This document shows, piece by piece, positions 24,172-37,120 of a stretch of DNA of 64,000 bases. The stretch is taken from contig CM059432.1 in assembly GCA_030390025.1 (NCBI GenBank), positions 108,440,001 to 108,504,000 of the forward strand, written 5' to 3'. The stretch's first letter is position 1. Every line of letters begins with the position of its first letter. The position numbers and the translations under genes were made by a program. The notes below the pieces were generated by a model that searched no databases, was not told the origin of the DNA, and saw only the letters and a program-made list of their open reading frames with translations. This DNA comes from Squalus acanthias (taxonomy: Eukaryota).

Positions 24172-24280
24172 CAAAAGGAAGATACTGCGGATGCTGGAAA
24201 TCTGAAATAAAAACAGAAAACGCTGGAAATACTCAGCAGGTCAGGTAGCATCTGTGGAGAGAGATGACCTTTTGTCAGAT
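24172..24280. mobile_element. Penelope-like element terminal-repeat fragment
   Basis: ATACTGCGGATGCTGGAAATCTGAAATAAAAACAGAAAA.GCTGGAAATACTCAGCAGGTCAGG.AGCATCTGTGGAGAGAGA matches an abundant shark PLE-associated repeat as I recall it. Confidence 0.6.
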
Positions 24281-26725
24281 TCTGCTTTATCCCCATAACC
24301 CTGCAAATTAGTTCTCTTCAAATACATGTCCAATTGGCTTTTTAAAGTTCCTATGGAATCTGATTCCACCACCCTTTCAGATAGTGCGTTCCAAATCACA
24401 ACAACCCTCTGAGAGAAATAATTTCTTCTCATTTCCCCTCTAGTTCTTTTGTCAATTATTTTAATTCTGTGACCTCTGGTTACTGACCCATTTGCCAGAG
24501 GAAACAGTTTCTCCCTACTTGCTCTCTCAAAATCCCTCATAATTTTAACTACCTCTATTAGGTCTCCCCTTAACCTTCTCTGCTCTAAGGAGAACAATCC
24601 CAGCTTCTCCAATCTCGCCACATAACTGAAGTCCCTCATCCCTGCTATCATTCTGATAAACCTCCTCCTCCACACCCTCTCCAAGGCCTTGACATCCTTC
24701 CTAAAGTGTGGTGCCCAGATTTGGACACAATACTCCAACTAGTGATTTGTAAAGGTTTAGCATGACTTCCTTGTTTTTGTATTTAATGCCCCCATTTACA
24801 AAGCCAAGTATCCCATATACTTTCTTAACCGCCTTATCAACTTTCCCTGCCACCTTAAAGGATTTGTGAATATGCACCCCCAGGTCCCTCTGCTCTTGTA
24901 CCCCCCTCAAAATAGTACCATTTAAATTATACAGCCTCGCCATGTTGTTCCTCCTAAAGTTCATCATTTATCACTTCACACTTATCCAAATTAAATTACA
25001 TCTGCCATGTGTCTGCCCATTTCACCAGTCTATGTCCTCCTGAAATTTGCTACTATCCTGCTCACTATTTACTATGTTGCCAAGTTTTGTATCATCCGCA
25101 AACTACAAAATAGTACTCCCTATATCTAAGTCAAGGTCATTTATATAGAAAAAAAGAATACCAACCCTGGGGGACCCTACTGCATACTTCCCTCCAGTCA
25201 GAAAAACATCCGTTCACCGCTACACTCCGCCTCCTATCCCTTAACCAATTACGTACCCAAGTTACCATCACCCCTTTAATTCCACGTGCTTCTATTTTCA
25301 GAATAAGTCCGTTATGTGGTATCATATCAAATGCCTTTTTTTTTATTTGTTCCTGGAATGTGGGCGTCTCTGGCAAGGCCAGCATTTATTGCCCATCCCT
25401 AGTTGCCCTTGAGAAGCTGGTGGTGAGCTGCCTTCTTGAACCGCTGCACTCTGTGTGGTGAAGGTACTCCCACAGTGCTGTTAGGGAGGGAGTTCCAGGA
25501 CTTTGACCCAGCAACGATGAAGGATCGGCGATATATTTCTAAGTCAGGATGGTGTGAGACTTGGAGGGGTACTTGGAGGTGGTGGTGTTCCCATGCACCT
25601 GCTGCCCTTGTCCTTCTAGATGGAAGAGGTCGCGGGTTTGGGAGGTGCTGTCGAAGCAGCCTTGGCGAGTTGCTGCAGTGCATCTTGTGGATGGTACACA
25701 CTGCAGCCACGGTACGCCGGTGGTGGAGGGAGTGAATGTTTAAGGTGGTGGATGGGGTGCCAATCAAGTGGGCTGCTTTGTCCTGGATGGTGTTGAGTTT
25801 CTTGAGTGTTGTTGGAGCTGCAAGTGGAGAGTATTCCATCACACTCCTGACTTGTGCCGTGTAGATGGTGGAAAGGCTTTGGTGAGTCACTCGTCGCAGA
25901 ATACCCAGCCTCTGACCTGCACTTGCAGCCACAGTATTTATGTGGCTGGTCCAGTTAAGTTTCTGGTCAATGGTGAAACTCAGGATGTTGATGGTGGGGA
26001 ATTCAGCGATGCTACTGCCATTGAATGTCAAGGGGAGGTGTTTAGACTCTCGCTTGTTGGAGATAGTCATTGTCTGGCACTTATGTGGCACGAATGTTAC
26101 CTGCCACTTATCAGTCCAAGCCTGAATGTCATCCAGGTCTTGCTACATGCAAGCATGGACTGCTTCATTATCTGAGGAGTTGTGAACACTGTGCAATCAT
26201 CAGCGAACATCCTTATGATGGAGGGAAGGTTATTGATGAAGCAGCTGAAGATGGTTGGGCCTAGGACACTCCTGCAGTGATGTCCTGGGACTGAGATGAT
26301 TGGCCTCCCAACAACCACAACCAAATACATTTGCAAGTCCATATATACATCTACCTTCATCAAGCCTCTCTGTAACATCATCAAAGAACTCAATCAGGTT
26401 AGTCAGACATGATTTGCTTTTAACAAATCCATGCTGGCTATCCCTTATTAACCCATGCTTCTCCAAGTGAGAATTAATTTTGTCCTGTACAATGGTCTCT
26501 GGTAGGTTTCCCACCACTGATGTTAGACTGATTGGCCTATAGTTACCAGGTGTATCCTTCTACTGTTTTTTGAACAGGGGTGTAATATTTGCAATCCTCT
26601 AGTCCTCTGGCACTACTCCCATATCCAAAGAGGATTGAAAGATCGTGATCAGAGCTTCTACTATCTCCAACCTAGATTCCCTCAGCAACCTAGGATGCAT
26701 CCCATCTTGACTGGGTAATTTCATC
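24281..26725 (-). mobile_element. Older CR1 ORF2 fragment, interrupted by a family-B LINE
   Basis: Minus ORFs EYCVQIWAPHFRKD, QRDLGVHIH, AFDMIPH and SQHGFVKSKSCLTNL; the CR1 sequence resumes across the insert. Confidence 0.9.
25335..26328 (-). mobile_element. Family-B LINE 3' fragment nested in CR1
   Basis: Poly(T) plus reverse family-B tail at 25335; SVLGP...MFADDC RT motifs. Confidence 0.9.
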
Positions 26726-27279
26726 ATCTTCACCATGGCACTCCATTGCTATACAATGAGAATACACTCAAACAAGGTACTGTAGTTCAAAGAACATTCG
26801 TCACTACAACTCAAGAAAATTTGACTGAAACTCGAAAGCCCAAACTCAAATCCCACTCTGAACTGGCATCTGGACTCGGTTTTGCTCAGACAGTAATTTC
26901 AACCATCTCTACTTAGTCTTTTGGGCAAGGGAGGTAAAACTGGAAATGTATTTCCTCTCAGCTCAATATGCTTCATTGTGGATGAACCCAACAGCAGCAT
27001 TGATGATATCCTGTGTACCAAATAAGAATGACATATTTAAAGAGAAAAGGCTATTCATCTCTTCAAGTTGATCTCTTCAATCATCTACAATCTACCTGAT
27101 CGCTGCATTTAAAGATCCCATGGTAAAATTCTGCAAAAAAGTGACCCCCCCCACCCCCAAGATAATTGAGTAAAACTCCAGAACATAGATCCTTACAGCT
27201 CCATTATTTAACACTGACTGGTTATCCGCTGTATTGGCAATCACAGCCACATAGCATTGTTCTCCAAGGAGTATTTCAT

Positions 27280-29850
27280 AACCTTAAAACTGAGGATGAA
27301 CGCAAAATAGTAAATATTCTGAATGACTACTTCCTCATAATCACAAGGGAAGACATGAGCAACATACACTCTCCAAACAAAGATATCCCAAATGACTTTA
27401 CTATAAATGAGATGGAAGTCATATAAAGGCTAAATGTGATCAGAACAAATAAATTATCAGAGGTAGATGGTATTTACCTAGCGTGCCGAGAGAGACTGGA
27501 GAAGAGATTTGTGAGGCACTGACAATCAGAGTCAATGGACACTGGGGAGGTGCCAGAAGATAAGATTGGCAACAAGCTAATTTAACTATCACATTCAGAT
27601 AGGGTGACCAAACAGAAGGAGGCAACTACAGACCAATTAGTCTTTCTTGCATTCCATGTAAAATAATGTAATCAATTATCAGGAATAAACTTGAGGATCA
27701 TCTGTATTACAATAACTCTAGTTAACATGGATTCAGAAGGCATGATCCTGCCTGACCAATCTCAACATCTGTGAGGAAGTGACCACCCAAGTGGACTGTG
27801 GGAAGCCCTATGATGTGATGTGCCTAAACTTCCAAAAGGCTTTTGATAAAGTTCCACATGAAAGGCTATTAAATTCACAGCTGAGTGGATGTCCAAAATA
27901 ACACACAACAGCCTTTGTCAGTGATCTGTATTTTCGCAGATAGTTGTTAGGTACAGGCATTACACTGGATCGACCAGGGGTATTAGCAGGGATGAGTACC
28001 AGTAGTGATGAGAGGCAAGTTGTGAGGAGGACACAAAGAGTCTGCAAAGGGATATAGATAGGTTAAGTTAGTGGGCAAAAATTTGGCAGATGGAGTATCA
28101 TGTAGGAAAATGTGAGGTTATCCACTTTGGTAGGAAGAATAAAAAAGCAAAATTATTTAAGTGGAGAGAGACTACAAAATGCTGCGGTACAGAGGAATCT
28201 GGGGGTCCTTGTACATGAAACACAAAAAGTTAGCATGAAGGTACAGCAAGTAATTATGAAGGCAAGGGGGATGGAGTATAAAAGTAGGGAAGTCTTGCTA
28301 CAACTGTAGAGGGCGCTGGTGAGACCACATCTGGAGTACTGCGTGCAGTTTTAGTCTCCTTATTTAAGGAGGGATATACTTGCATTGGAGGCAGTTCAGA
28401 GAAGGTTCACTAGGTTGTCTTATGAAGAAAGGTTGAGCAGGTTGGGCCTATACTCATTGGAGTTTAGAAGAATGAGAGGTGATCTTAATGAAACATGTAA
28501 GATTCTGAGGGGGCTTGACAGGGTAGATGCAGGGAGGCTGTTGCTCCTCGTGGGGGAATCTAGAACTAGGGGGCATAGTTTCAGAATAAGGGGTCGCCAA
28601 TTTAAAACGGAGATGAGGAGGAATTTCTTCTCTCAGAGGGTGATGAATCTTTGGAATTCTCTACCCAAGAGAGCTGTGGAGGCGGAGTCATTGAATATAT
28701 TCAAGGCGGAGATAAACAGATATTTGAGCTACAGGGGAGTCAAGGGTTATGGGGAGCAGGCGGGAAAGTGGAGTTGAGGCCAAGATCAGATCAGCCATGA
28801 TCTTATTGAATGGCGGAGCAGGCTCAAGGGGCCAAATGGCCTACTCCTACGTCTTATGTTCTTAGGCTTGAGAAGTTATGGATTTTTTCAGTGGCGTTGA
28901 GAAAAGTTGAGGAATGACCCAATAGTGGTGCTCAAGATCTTGAAGGGTTCAGATAGAGCAAATAGTGATGTCTTGTCGACCAGTGGAAACAATCTAACAA
29001 CTTGCATTTATATAGTGCCTTTAGTGTAGTAAAACATCCCAAGGTGCTTCACAGGAGCGTAATCAGGCAAAAAGTGACACCAAGCCAAAGAAGGAGGCAT
29101 TAGGACATGTGACCAAAAGCTTGGTGAAGGAGGTATATTTTAAGGAGCTTCTTAAAGGAAGAGAGAGAAGCGGAAAGTTTTAGGGAGGGCATTTCAGAGC
29201 TAAGGGCCTAGTCAGCTGAAGGAATGGCCACCAATGGTCCGAAGTCAGTGGGAGATACACAAGAGGCCAGAGCTGGAGGACGAGAGTTCTCTGAGAGCTG
29301 TAGGCTGGAAGAGGTTACAGAGATAGGGAGGGGCGAGGCCATGGAGGGATTTGAACAGGAGGATGAGAATTTTAAAATCAAGGCGTTGGTGGACCAGGAC
29401 CAATGTAGGTCAGCGAGCAGAGGGGTGAAGGGTGAACAGGACTTGCTGCGAATTAGAATACTGACAACAGACTTTTGAATGAGCTTAAGTTTATGGAGGG
29501 ATATAATGAGAGGGCACAAATTTAAGATCATCACAAAAGAATTAAAGTGGAAAAAGTGTCTTTACAGATGGTGGTTAGAATGTACAAATATACGAAAAAG
29601 GATAGGAAAAACTGAGGTCTATCAAGTCTGTACTGTCAATCTACAAACTCCATTAAATGCAGCTTCTCTGCTGCAAACTATTGTTGAAGCAGAGTTCACA
29701 AATTCTTTTAAAAAGGAATATGTAGTTGTTTGAGAAAGAGAACTATAAAAGGGTGTGGGGAGCGAGCAGGAGAGTGGGATTAGTCTTGGTGGCTCTTTTG
29801 GAGAAAAACATCAGCAGAGTTGATGGGCCAAATGGTCTGTTCCTGTGCTG
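27280..29850 (+). mobile_element. Degraded CR1 carrying a younger CR1 3' fragment (about 27995-28864, plus) and an L2 fragment (about 28996-29500, minus)
   Basis: Old CR1 remnants (NYRPISL, FQKAFDKVPH) resume after each insert. The younger copy ends ggcctactcct...ttatgttctta. The L2 tail is reversed at 28996. Confidence 0.8.
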
Positions 29851-29947
29851 GAACATCCAAGGACGCTATGCATTTTATAGCTCTTTCTACCATTACAAAT
29901 TCTTCATTCACGACAGCACAGTCTAGTTTATTTTATCTCAACAACAA

Positions 29948-31370
29948 AGCTACAACACTGGCATCTATCCGACAATGTGGAAAACTGCCAGGTATGGCTT
30001 GTCCACAAAAAGCAGGACTAATCCAACCCGGCCAATTACCGCCCCATCAGTCTACTCTCAATCATCAGCAAAGTGATGGCAGGTGTCATCGACAGTGCTG
30101 TCAAGCGGCACTTACTCACCAATAACCTGCTCACCGATGCCCAGTTTGGGTTCCGTCAAGACCACTCGGCTCCTGACCTCATTACAGCCTTGGTCCAAAC
30201 ATGGACAAAGGAGCTGAATTCCAGAGGTGAGGCGAGAGTGACTGCCCTTGACATCATTTGACCAAGTGTGGCATCAAGGAGCCCTAGTAAAACAAAGTCA
30301 ATGGGAATTGGGAGGAAAACTCTCCACTGGCTGGAGTCATACCTAGCACAAAGGAAGATGGTTGTGGTGGTTGGAGGTCAATCATCACAGCCCCAGGACA
30401 TCGCTGCAGGAGTTCCTCAGGGCAGTGTCCTAGGCCCAATCATCTTCAGCTGCTTCATCAATGACCTTCCCTCCAACATAAGGTCAGAAATGGGAATGTT
30501 CTCTGATGACTGCACAGTGTTCAGTGCTATTCACAACTCCTCAGATAATGGAGCAGTCCATGCCAACATGCAACAAGACCTGGACGACGTTCAGACTTGG
30601 GCTGATAAGTGACAGGTAACATTCACGCCACACAAGTGCCAGGCAATGACTATCTCCAACAAGCGAGAGTCTAACCACCGCCCCTTGACATTCAACGGAA
30701 TTACCATAGCCAAATCCCCCACCATCAACATCCTGGGGGTCACCATTGACCAGAAGCTTAACGGGACCAGCCACATAAATACTGTAGCAACAAGAGGTCA
30801 GAGGCTAGATATTCTGCGGTGAGTGTCTCACCTCCTGACTCCCCAAAGCCTTTCCACCATCTACAAGGCACAAGTAAGGAGTGTGATGGAATACTCTCCA
30901 CTTGCCTGGATGAGTGCAGCTCCAACAACACTCAAGAAGCTCGACATCATCCAGGACAAAGCAGCCCGCTTGATTGGCACCCCATCCACCACCTTAAACA
31001 TTCACTCCCTCCACCAGCGGTGTACCTTGGCTGCAGTGTGTACCATCTACAAGGCTTCTTCGGCAGCACCTCCCAAACCCGCGACCTCTTCCACCTAGAA
31101 GGACAAGGGCAGCAGGCGCCTGGGAACACCACCACCTCCAAGTTCCCCTCCAAGTCACACACCATCCTGACTTAGAAGTATATCGCCGATCCTTCATCGT
31201 CGCTGGGTCAAAATCCTGGAACTCCGTAACTAACAGCACTGTGGGATTACATTCACCACACGGACTGCAGCGGTTCAAGGCGGCGGCTCACCACCACCTT
31301 CTCAAGTGCAATTAGGGATGGGCAATAAATGCTGGCCTTGCCAGTGACGCCCCAAACGAATTAAAAAAAA
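29948..31370 (+). mobile_element. Family-B LINE 3' part with RT core retained
   Basis: [21 protein letters not shown] and MFSDDC motifs; family-B tail plus A-run. Confidence 0.92.
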
Positions 31371-32399
31371 CGTATGATGTGCTAAAATATGGGATATCTT
31401 GGTGAAAGTTGCGGGATTCAGAAGAGTAATTTTTGTTAAAATAAATGGATCGACTCCTGGTAAAGTGGAATTAGATGCAATTGTGATTCAGTATACAGTC
31501 CAGTATACAGTCTACTCCTAATAAATTCAAAGTTGTTTTCTGCACCAAAAAACTTACCAATAATTTGAATTAAGTAACATAAATAAAAGGGGAATTTAGT
31601 GCTGAAAAAATGAATCAGATATTTTGAATTATGAGGAATAGACTGCATAATATTACATTCATCTGTGCATTTTAGGTACCTATTACTTCCACAACAGTGG
31701 ATGCCCTAAAACTAGGATTTGAGGCAGTTCCAGAATTTGACAGGCATGTGTCTAGGTGGATACCAGAGTTGTGTGTATAGAACTTGCTGAGTTTTGGAGT
31801 TTACAAATGTAGACATATTTAGCAAAGCGCCCCAGATAAAATCTGTCCAAAGCCTTGTGTTACAAACACTGCAAGTGGTTACATACATAGCCATCAAAGA
31901 TTTAATCAGCTGATCCTGCCCTAAAACATAGCAGCACTGAAATAGAAAGCACTAAAATGTGTTACTATAACATTCCATTACTGCAACCAAACCCATTATA
32001 TGTAATGACTGTACCAAATCTAGCAGCACAATTTTTTTTGCTTCATCCTATTAAAGAATAAATATGGTTGAATGCCACCTTGAAATAAAGTAAATGCGGC
32101 ATCCAGTGGATTACAAACCTCATAATGGAGCAAATTCTGCTGAATTATATATTTTATGCCATGAATGTAGTGTCGCAACTCACGAGAAGCTATAAGCTTT
32201 TGGCCCATTTGAGTCTCAGCAAAATATTGACAAGGGCTTGCATAGCTGATCTTTACGATGCCACATTGTCTCTGTGATAGTAATTGCCTCCAACCAAAAT
32301 GAATCCAGAAAAGTTAAATACCTTCATATGATACTTTTGAAAAGTTTCATATTTCAGTTAAAGAGATCTCTGCTCCCAAAAGATTGTCTAACGGATCTT

Positions 32400-32770
32400 A
32401 AACGTTCATCTGAAGGTAGCTCCCACCATGGTTAATTTCATCTAAGCCCTCCAGGATACTAACTCTACCATCTTCCCATCAGCCTGGAGCTGATTCTTAG
32501 AGGAGAGATCGGTGCTCTGGCCTTAACCACCAGTACAAGCTGTCAATCATTCTCTAAGTAAAGAAATACTTCTTGATGTCTATCCTAAACTTGCCCTTCA
32601 CAACCCTGACCCTGTGCCCCCTTGTCTAGCTGCCCTGGCACATCTGAAAGAATTATTTCATGTTTACTTCCACTATCGCATTGACTATCTTCTACACAAG
32701 GTCCCCTCCGAGACATCATTTTTGAGGGTGAAGTGCCCCAGTTTATCCAGGTGTCCCTCATAACTTAACC
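32400..32770 (-). mobile_element. Highly degraded CR1 3' fragment
   Basis: ctgtgcccccttgt...cccagtttatccaggtgtccctcataac resembles a reverse CR1 ORF2 end. Confidence 0.55.
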
Positions 32771-33064
32771 CCAACACATCAGACTCACTGATGTTAGACA
32801 AAATATTTTGACATTCTTTAGTACCATCAGGCTGCTACAAAAAATTGTTCAGTAAGCCAGGCTGCAGTGTGACCTTGAAAGGACATATGTCATTTGAATA
32901 AGTACCCCATTAAAAAAAGCAGCCCTTATTCATTTAAATGAAGCTTCCTCCTGCACTATGCAATTGTAGGAATGCTCAAAATGTATATAAGCTCAAACAG
33001 AAGGAAAACCCTAGCTTTATCAAACAATTATATCATTGCCAGATTAGGGAGGTTGCAGATATAT

Positions 33065-33390
33065 TAATAATTTGTATTTATAGAACACTTTTAATGTAGT
33101 AAAACATCATAAGGCATTTCACAGGAGCATTATCAAACAAAATTTGACACCAAATCACAGAGATATTAGGGCAGGTGACCAAAAGCTTGAAGAGGTAGGT
33201 TTTAAGGAGTGTCTTAAAGGAGGAAAGAGAAGTAGAGAGGCAGAGGGGTTTAGGGGGGGGGAATACCAGAGCTTCAGGCCTAGGCAGCTGAAAACACAGT
33301 TGTCAATGGTGGAGCGATGCCAGTATTAGAGGAACACAGATCTCAGAAGGTTGTAGGGCTGGAGGAGGCTACAGAGATAGGGAGGGGCGC
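33065..33390 (-). mobile_element. L2 3' fragment
   Basis: Reverse L2 tail ttgtatttata...ggtgaccaaaagcttg...gagatagggagggg. Confidence 0.85.
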
Positions 33391-33920
33391 CTACATTAGG
33401 TATCTTTGAATCTTCACCCGAGAATTGGACATGTTGGCTACATGATTCAATCTATGGTAGGCAATTGTACGTGTTACAGTATGAACTTTTACATTTGCTT
33501 TTGTTGAGTTTACGTTGGTTGAAAGCAAAGCAGTCACTCGTGGCATTACTACACACACTTGTGTTTACAAACCTAATAAACTTTTTTAAAATAACACAGC
33601 ATCAAAAGGCAACATTCCTGTAACGCCATGGCCACTATTTCTTCAAAGCAAAGATTATTAACAAGTTGAAGCGAGAAGGCGAACTGCGCAAATCCCATTG
33701 GAGCGTTGTGTGATTCTATACAGAGACAGAACATTGAGAACCCCAACAGACTGACTGCATCCTCCAGGCCCCTAACCAACCTACCATCCCCACAATGACT
33801 GAAAGCCCTTAATAGGCTCTTCAGTGTTACAGATACTATCACATACACAATTCCTCTAAAGAGCAAGGACGAAACCGTTCGCTATTAGCACAACCAAACA
33901 CCTGCACTCCCTGTATTTAC

Positions 33921-33938
33921 CTGGTCTACTTCCGCCAT
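33921..33938 (-). CDS. VPS41: VPS41 (HOPS complex subunit) coding exon 1, MAEVDQ
   Basis: Minus strand reads actATGGCGGAAGTAGACCAG|gtaaat: start codon plus GT donor, phase 0. It lies next to a CpG-rich promoter and resembles the human VPS41 N-terminus (MAEAEEQ). Confidence 0.9.
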
Positions 33939-33939
33939 A

Positions 33940-34270
33940 GTGCTCGTGACTCCCAACGTCACGTCAACGCAGCCTGTATTTTTTTAAATCGCAGACTGCG
34001 CGTGCGCAGGAATCGCGCAGGCCGCTGGGAGTTGTAGTCCACGTTTCTTCAGCCAGTTTGACAAATCTGTATGCGCGAGAAGGAAGGGGGAAGGAAAAGT
34101 AATGGGACGAACGCAGGAAATTAAAGACCCACAGCTCAGAATTCTGTACTTTTCTGCAGCCTGTAAAGTTAAAGTTAAATCACCAGGACAAGACTACAAT
34201 TCCCACACCGCACTGCGCTCCATGACACTCACTGAATATTTGACTGGACATTTGCAACTGCGCGTTCCAA
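33940..34270. promoter_or_regulatory. VPS41 CpG-rich housekeeping promoter
   Basis: NRF1-type TGCGCGTGCGCA (33997-34008). ZNF143/THAP11-type GACTACAACTCCCAG on minus (34025-34039) and GACTACAATTCCCACACCGCACTGCG on plus (34192-34217). CRE-like ACGTCACGTCA (33956-33966). All lie directly upstream of the VPS41 ATG. Confidence 0.85.
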
Positions 34271-34489
34271 ATACTGCATTCCACGTTCCAATTGTGTATC
34301 AACATTCAACCGCTCCAACCCTGCCATTCAGATCACTGGAAACTTTTCTTTTTTTTACATGTAAACAATAGTCTTTAATTATTCATTTAAAATATCACAA
34401 AGAATCCTACACTTAGACCCAAATATTTACTGCCTGACTCTGAAACAGCATGAAGTGTGGCTGGGTGTGTGTGTTTATGTGCGTGTATC

Positions 34490-36395
34490 CTCTCCATCAC
34501 CAAGACCGTCCCCTTTCACCTTGGTAATATCACCCGTCCCGGCCCCTGCCTCAGCCCATCTGCTGCAGAAACCTTCATCCATGCTTTTGTTACCTCCAGA
34601 CTCGACTATTCTAATGCCCTCCTGGACGGCCTCAGATAGGAACAGGAGTAGGCCATGCAGTCCCTCGAGCTTGTTCTATCATTCAATTAGATCATGGCTG
34701 ATCTGTATCCTAATTCCATTTATCCACCTTGGTTCCATAACTCTTAATACCCTTGCCTAACAAAAATCGATCAATCTCAGTTTTGAAATTTTCATTGACC
34801 TAGCCTCATCAGCTTTTTCAGAGAAAGAGTTCCAGATTTCCACTACACTGGGTGTGAAGAAATGCTTCCTGACATCATCCCTGAACAGCCTAGCGCTAAT
34901 TTTACAGTTACGCCCTCTTGTTCTGAACTTCCCTGCCAGAAGAAATAGTTTCTCTCTATCCACCCTATCAAGTCCTTTAATTATCTTAAACAACTCAATT
35001 AGATCACCCCTTAATCTTCTATACTCAAGGGAATACAAGGCTAGTCTATGCAAGCTGTCCTCATAATTTCTCCCTTTTAGCCACGGTAGCATTCTGGTGA
35101 ATCTGCGCTGCACTCCCTCCAAGGCCAACATGTCCTTCCAGAGGTGCAGTCCCAGATCTGAACACAGTACTCCAGATGGGGTCTAACCAGAGCTTTATAT
35201 AACGGTCACATAACTTCTACTCTTCTGTATTCCAGCCCCCTTGAGATAAAGCCCAACATTCCATTAGCCTTTTAAATTATTTTTTGTATCTGTCCACGAG
35301 CTTTTAGTGATTTCTGTACATGGACCCCTAAATCTCTCTGCTCCTCTACAGTTCCTAGCTTCCTACCATTTAGAAAATACACTGATCTATTTTTCTTAGG
35401 TCCAAAATGGATGACCTCACACTTCCCCACATTAAACTCCATCTGCCCACTCACATAATTTATCAATGTCCCTTTGCAACTTTCGGCTCCCAGCTACACT
35501 ATTTACTGTGCCACCTAACTTAGTGTTGTCATCAAACTTGGATATATGACTCTCTATTCCTTTGTCTAAGTCATTGATGAATATAGTGAAAAGCCGAGGT
35601 CCCAGTACAGATCCCTGGGGGACACCACTAGTCACATCCTGCCAATTGGAGTATCCCTACCCTCTTTCTCCTACCTCCTAACCAATTCCCTACCTAGGTC
35701 AATAGGTTTCCTTCAATTCCATCCACTCTCATTTTTGTTAACAGTCTCTTGTGTGGAACCTTATCAAATGCCTTCTGAAAGTCCATATAAATAACATTCC
35801 CTTATCTACCACTTTAGTTACCTCCTCAAAAAATTCAACTAGGTTCCTTAGACATGCTGTTTATAAATCCGTGCTGACTCTCTCTGATTAGTTGATATTT
35901 GTCCCATCTTCCACCCTCTGTAAACTTGAGCTCATCAAAAACTCTGCTGCCGTATCCTGACTTGCACCAAGTTCCGTTCAACCATCACTTCTGTGCTCAC
36001 TGACCTACATTGGCTCCTAGTCCAGCAACGCCTCTATTTTAAAATTCTCATCCTTGCGTTCAAATCCCTCCATGGCATTGCCCCTCCCTATCTCTGTAAC
36101 CTCCTACATTCCTACAACCCTCCAAGAACTTTGTGTACCTCCAACTCTAACCATTTGTGCATCCCACGTTCTTCTCCCCTTCATTGCCAGCTGTGCCTTC
36201 AGCTGTCTAGGCCCTAACCTCTGGAATTCCATCCCCAAACCTCTCTCTCCTTTAAGATGCTCCTTAAAACCTACCTCTTTGTCCAAGCTTTTGGTCACCT
36301 GTCCTAATATACTTATGTGACTGGTGTCAAATTTTGTCTGATAATGCTCCTGTGAAGCGTCTATGTTAAAGGCGCTATATAAATGCAAGTTGTTG
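34490..36395 (+). mobile_element. L2 3' fragment split by a minus-strand CR1 (about 34634-35900)
   Basis: L2 HAFVTSRLDYSNALLDGL stops at 34633 and resumes at about 35903 (ccatcttccaccctc...). The insert carries CR1 RT motifs ([15 protein letters not shown]) on minus. Confidence 0.9.
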
Positions 36396-36399
36396 TATC

Positions 36400-36900
36400 C
36401 GCATTTATGAGCGTGTGTGTACGTGCGCGCAGAGGTCACTCGGAGTAGCCAGCAGAGGTTGAGACCGTGGTCCCTGATCCCTGGGTCGGGCGCTGCGCCG
36501 TGGGGAACTCGCGCTGCATCAGACCGGGAAGCAGCAAGCGGTCCAGTGCTTTTTCAAAAAAACACACCCAAATCGACCAGCTGCACCAGTGGGATGCGAA
36601 GCGCCAGTGTACAAAACACAGCGTAGCGTGCCGCCAATTTGGAAATGTAAATGTACTGTTGGCAGGTAAAAGTTTTTTTCTCTTTCTCGGAGAAAGTGGC
36701 GCACGGCGACTGGGTTTATTTATTTCACAGAGGAGTTTCCCCACCCCGCTTCAGAGCCGCGCTCTCACTCTGACAGTACAGGATAGGCTCGACAGAGAGA
36801 GCTCGTACAATGAAAAGTTGCTAATTATTTTGATAAGCTGTTGTGTGGTCGCTGTGCTATGATAGTAGGGACACCCAGACAGGTATCGATTAGTCGAAAT
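36400..36900. promoter_or_regulatory. CpG-rich non-repeat patch, candidate POU6F2 upstream promoter or non-coding exon
   Basis: CpG density is locally high, the segment does not resemble the window's repeats, and it lies about 4.5 kb upstream of the POU6F2 ATG. Possible donor ACAG|gtatcg near 36883. Confidence 0.4.
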
Positions 36901-37120
36901 AAATCGAAACATGAACTTTATGTGTATCACGTTGGCATGTGTCTATTTATATATTACTCCCATTGACAGGTAGAACCTTACAATGTAACTGGATAGGAAA
37001 CGACAAACAAGGTATCATTAGCGAAGCTCTGGGTAAATCTCACCAGTTTCCAGTTCAGATTTTTTTTCTGACGGAGAATTTAGCAAAGTGAAAAATCGCT
37101 GGGCTGACGGCTGAAGTAGG

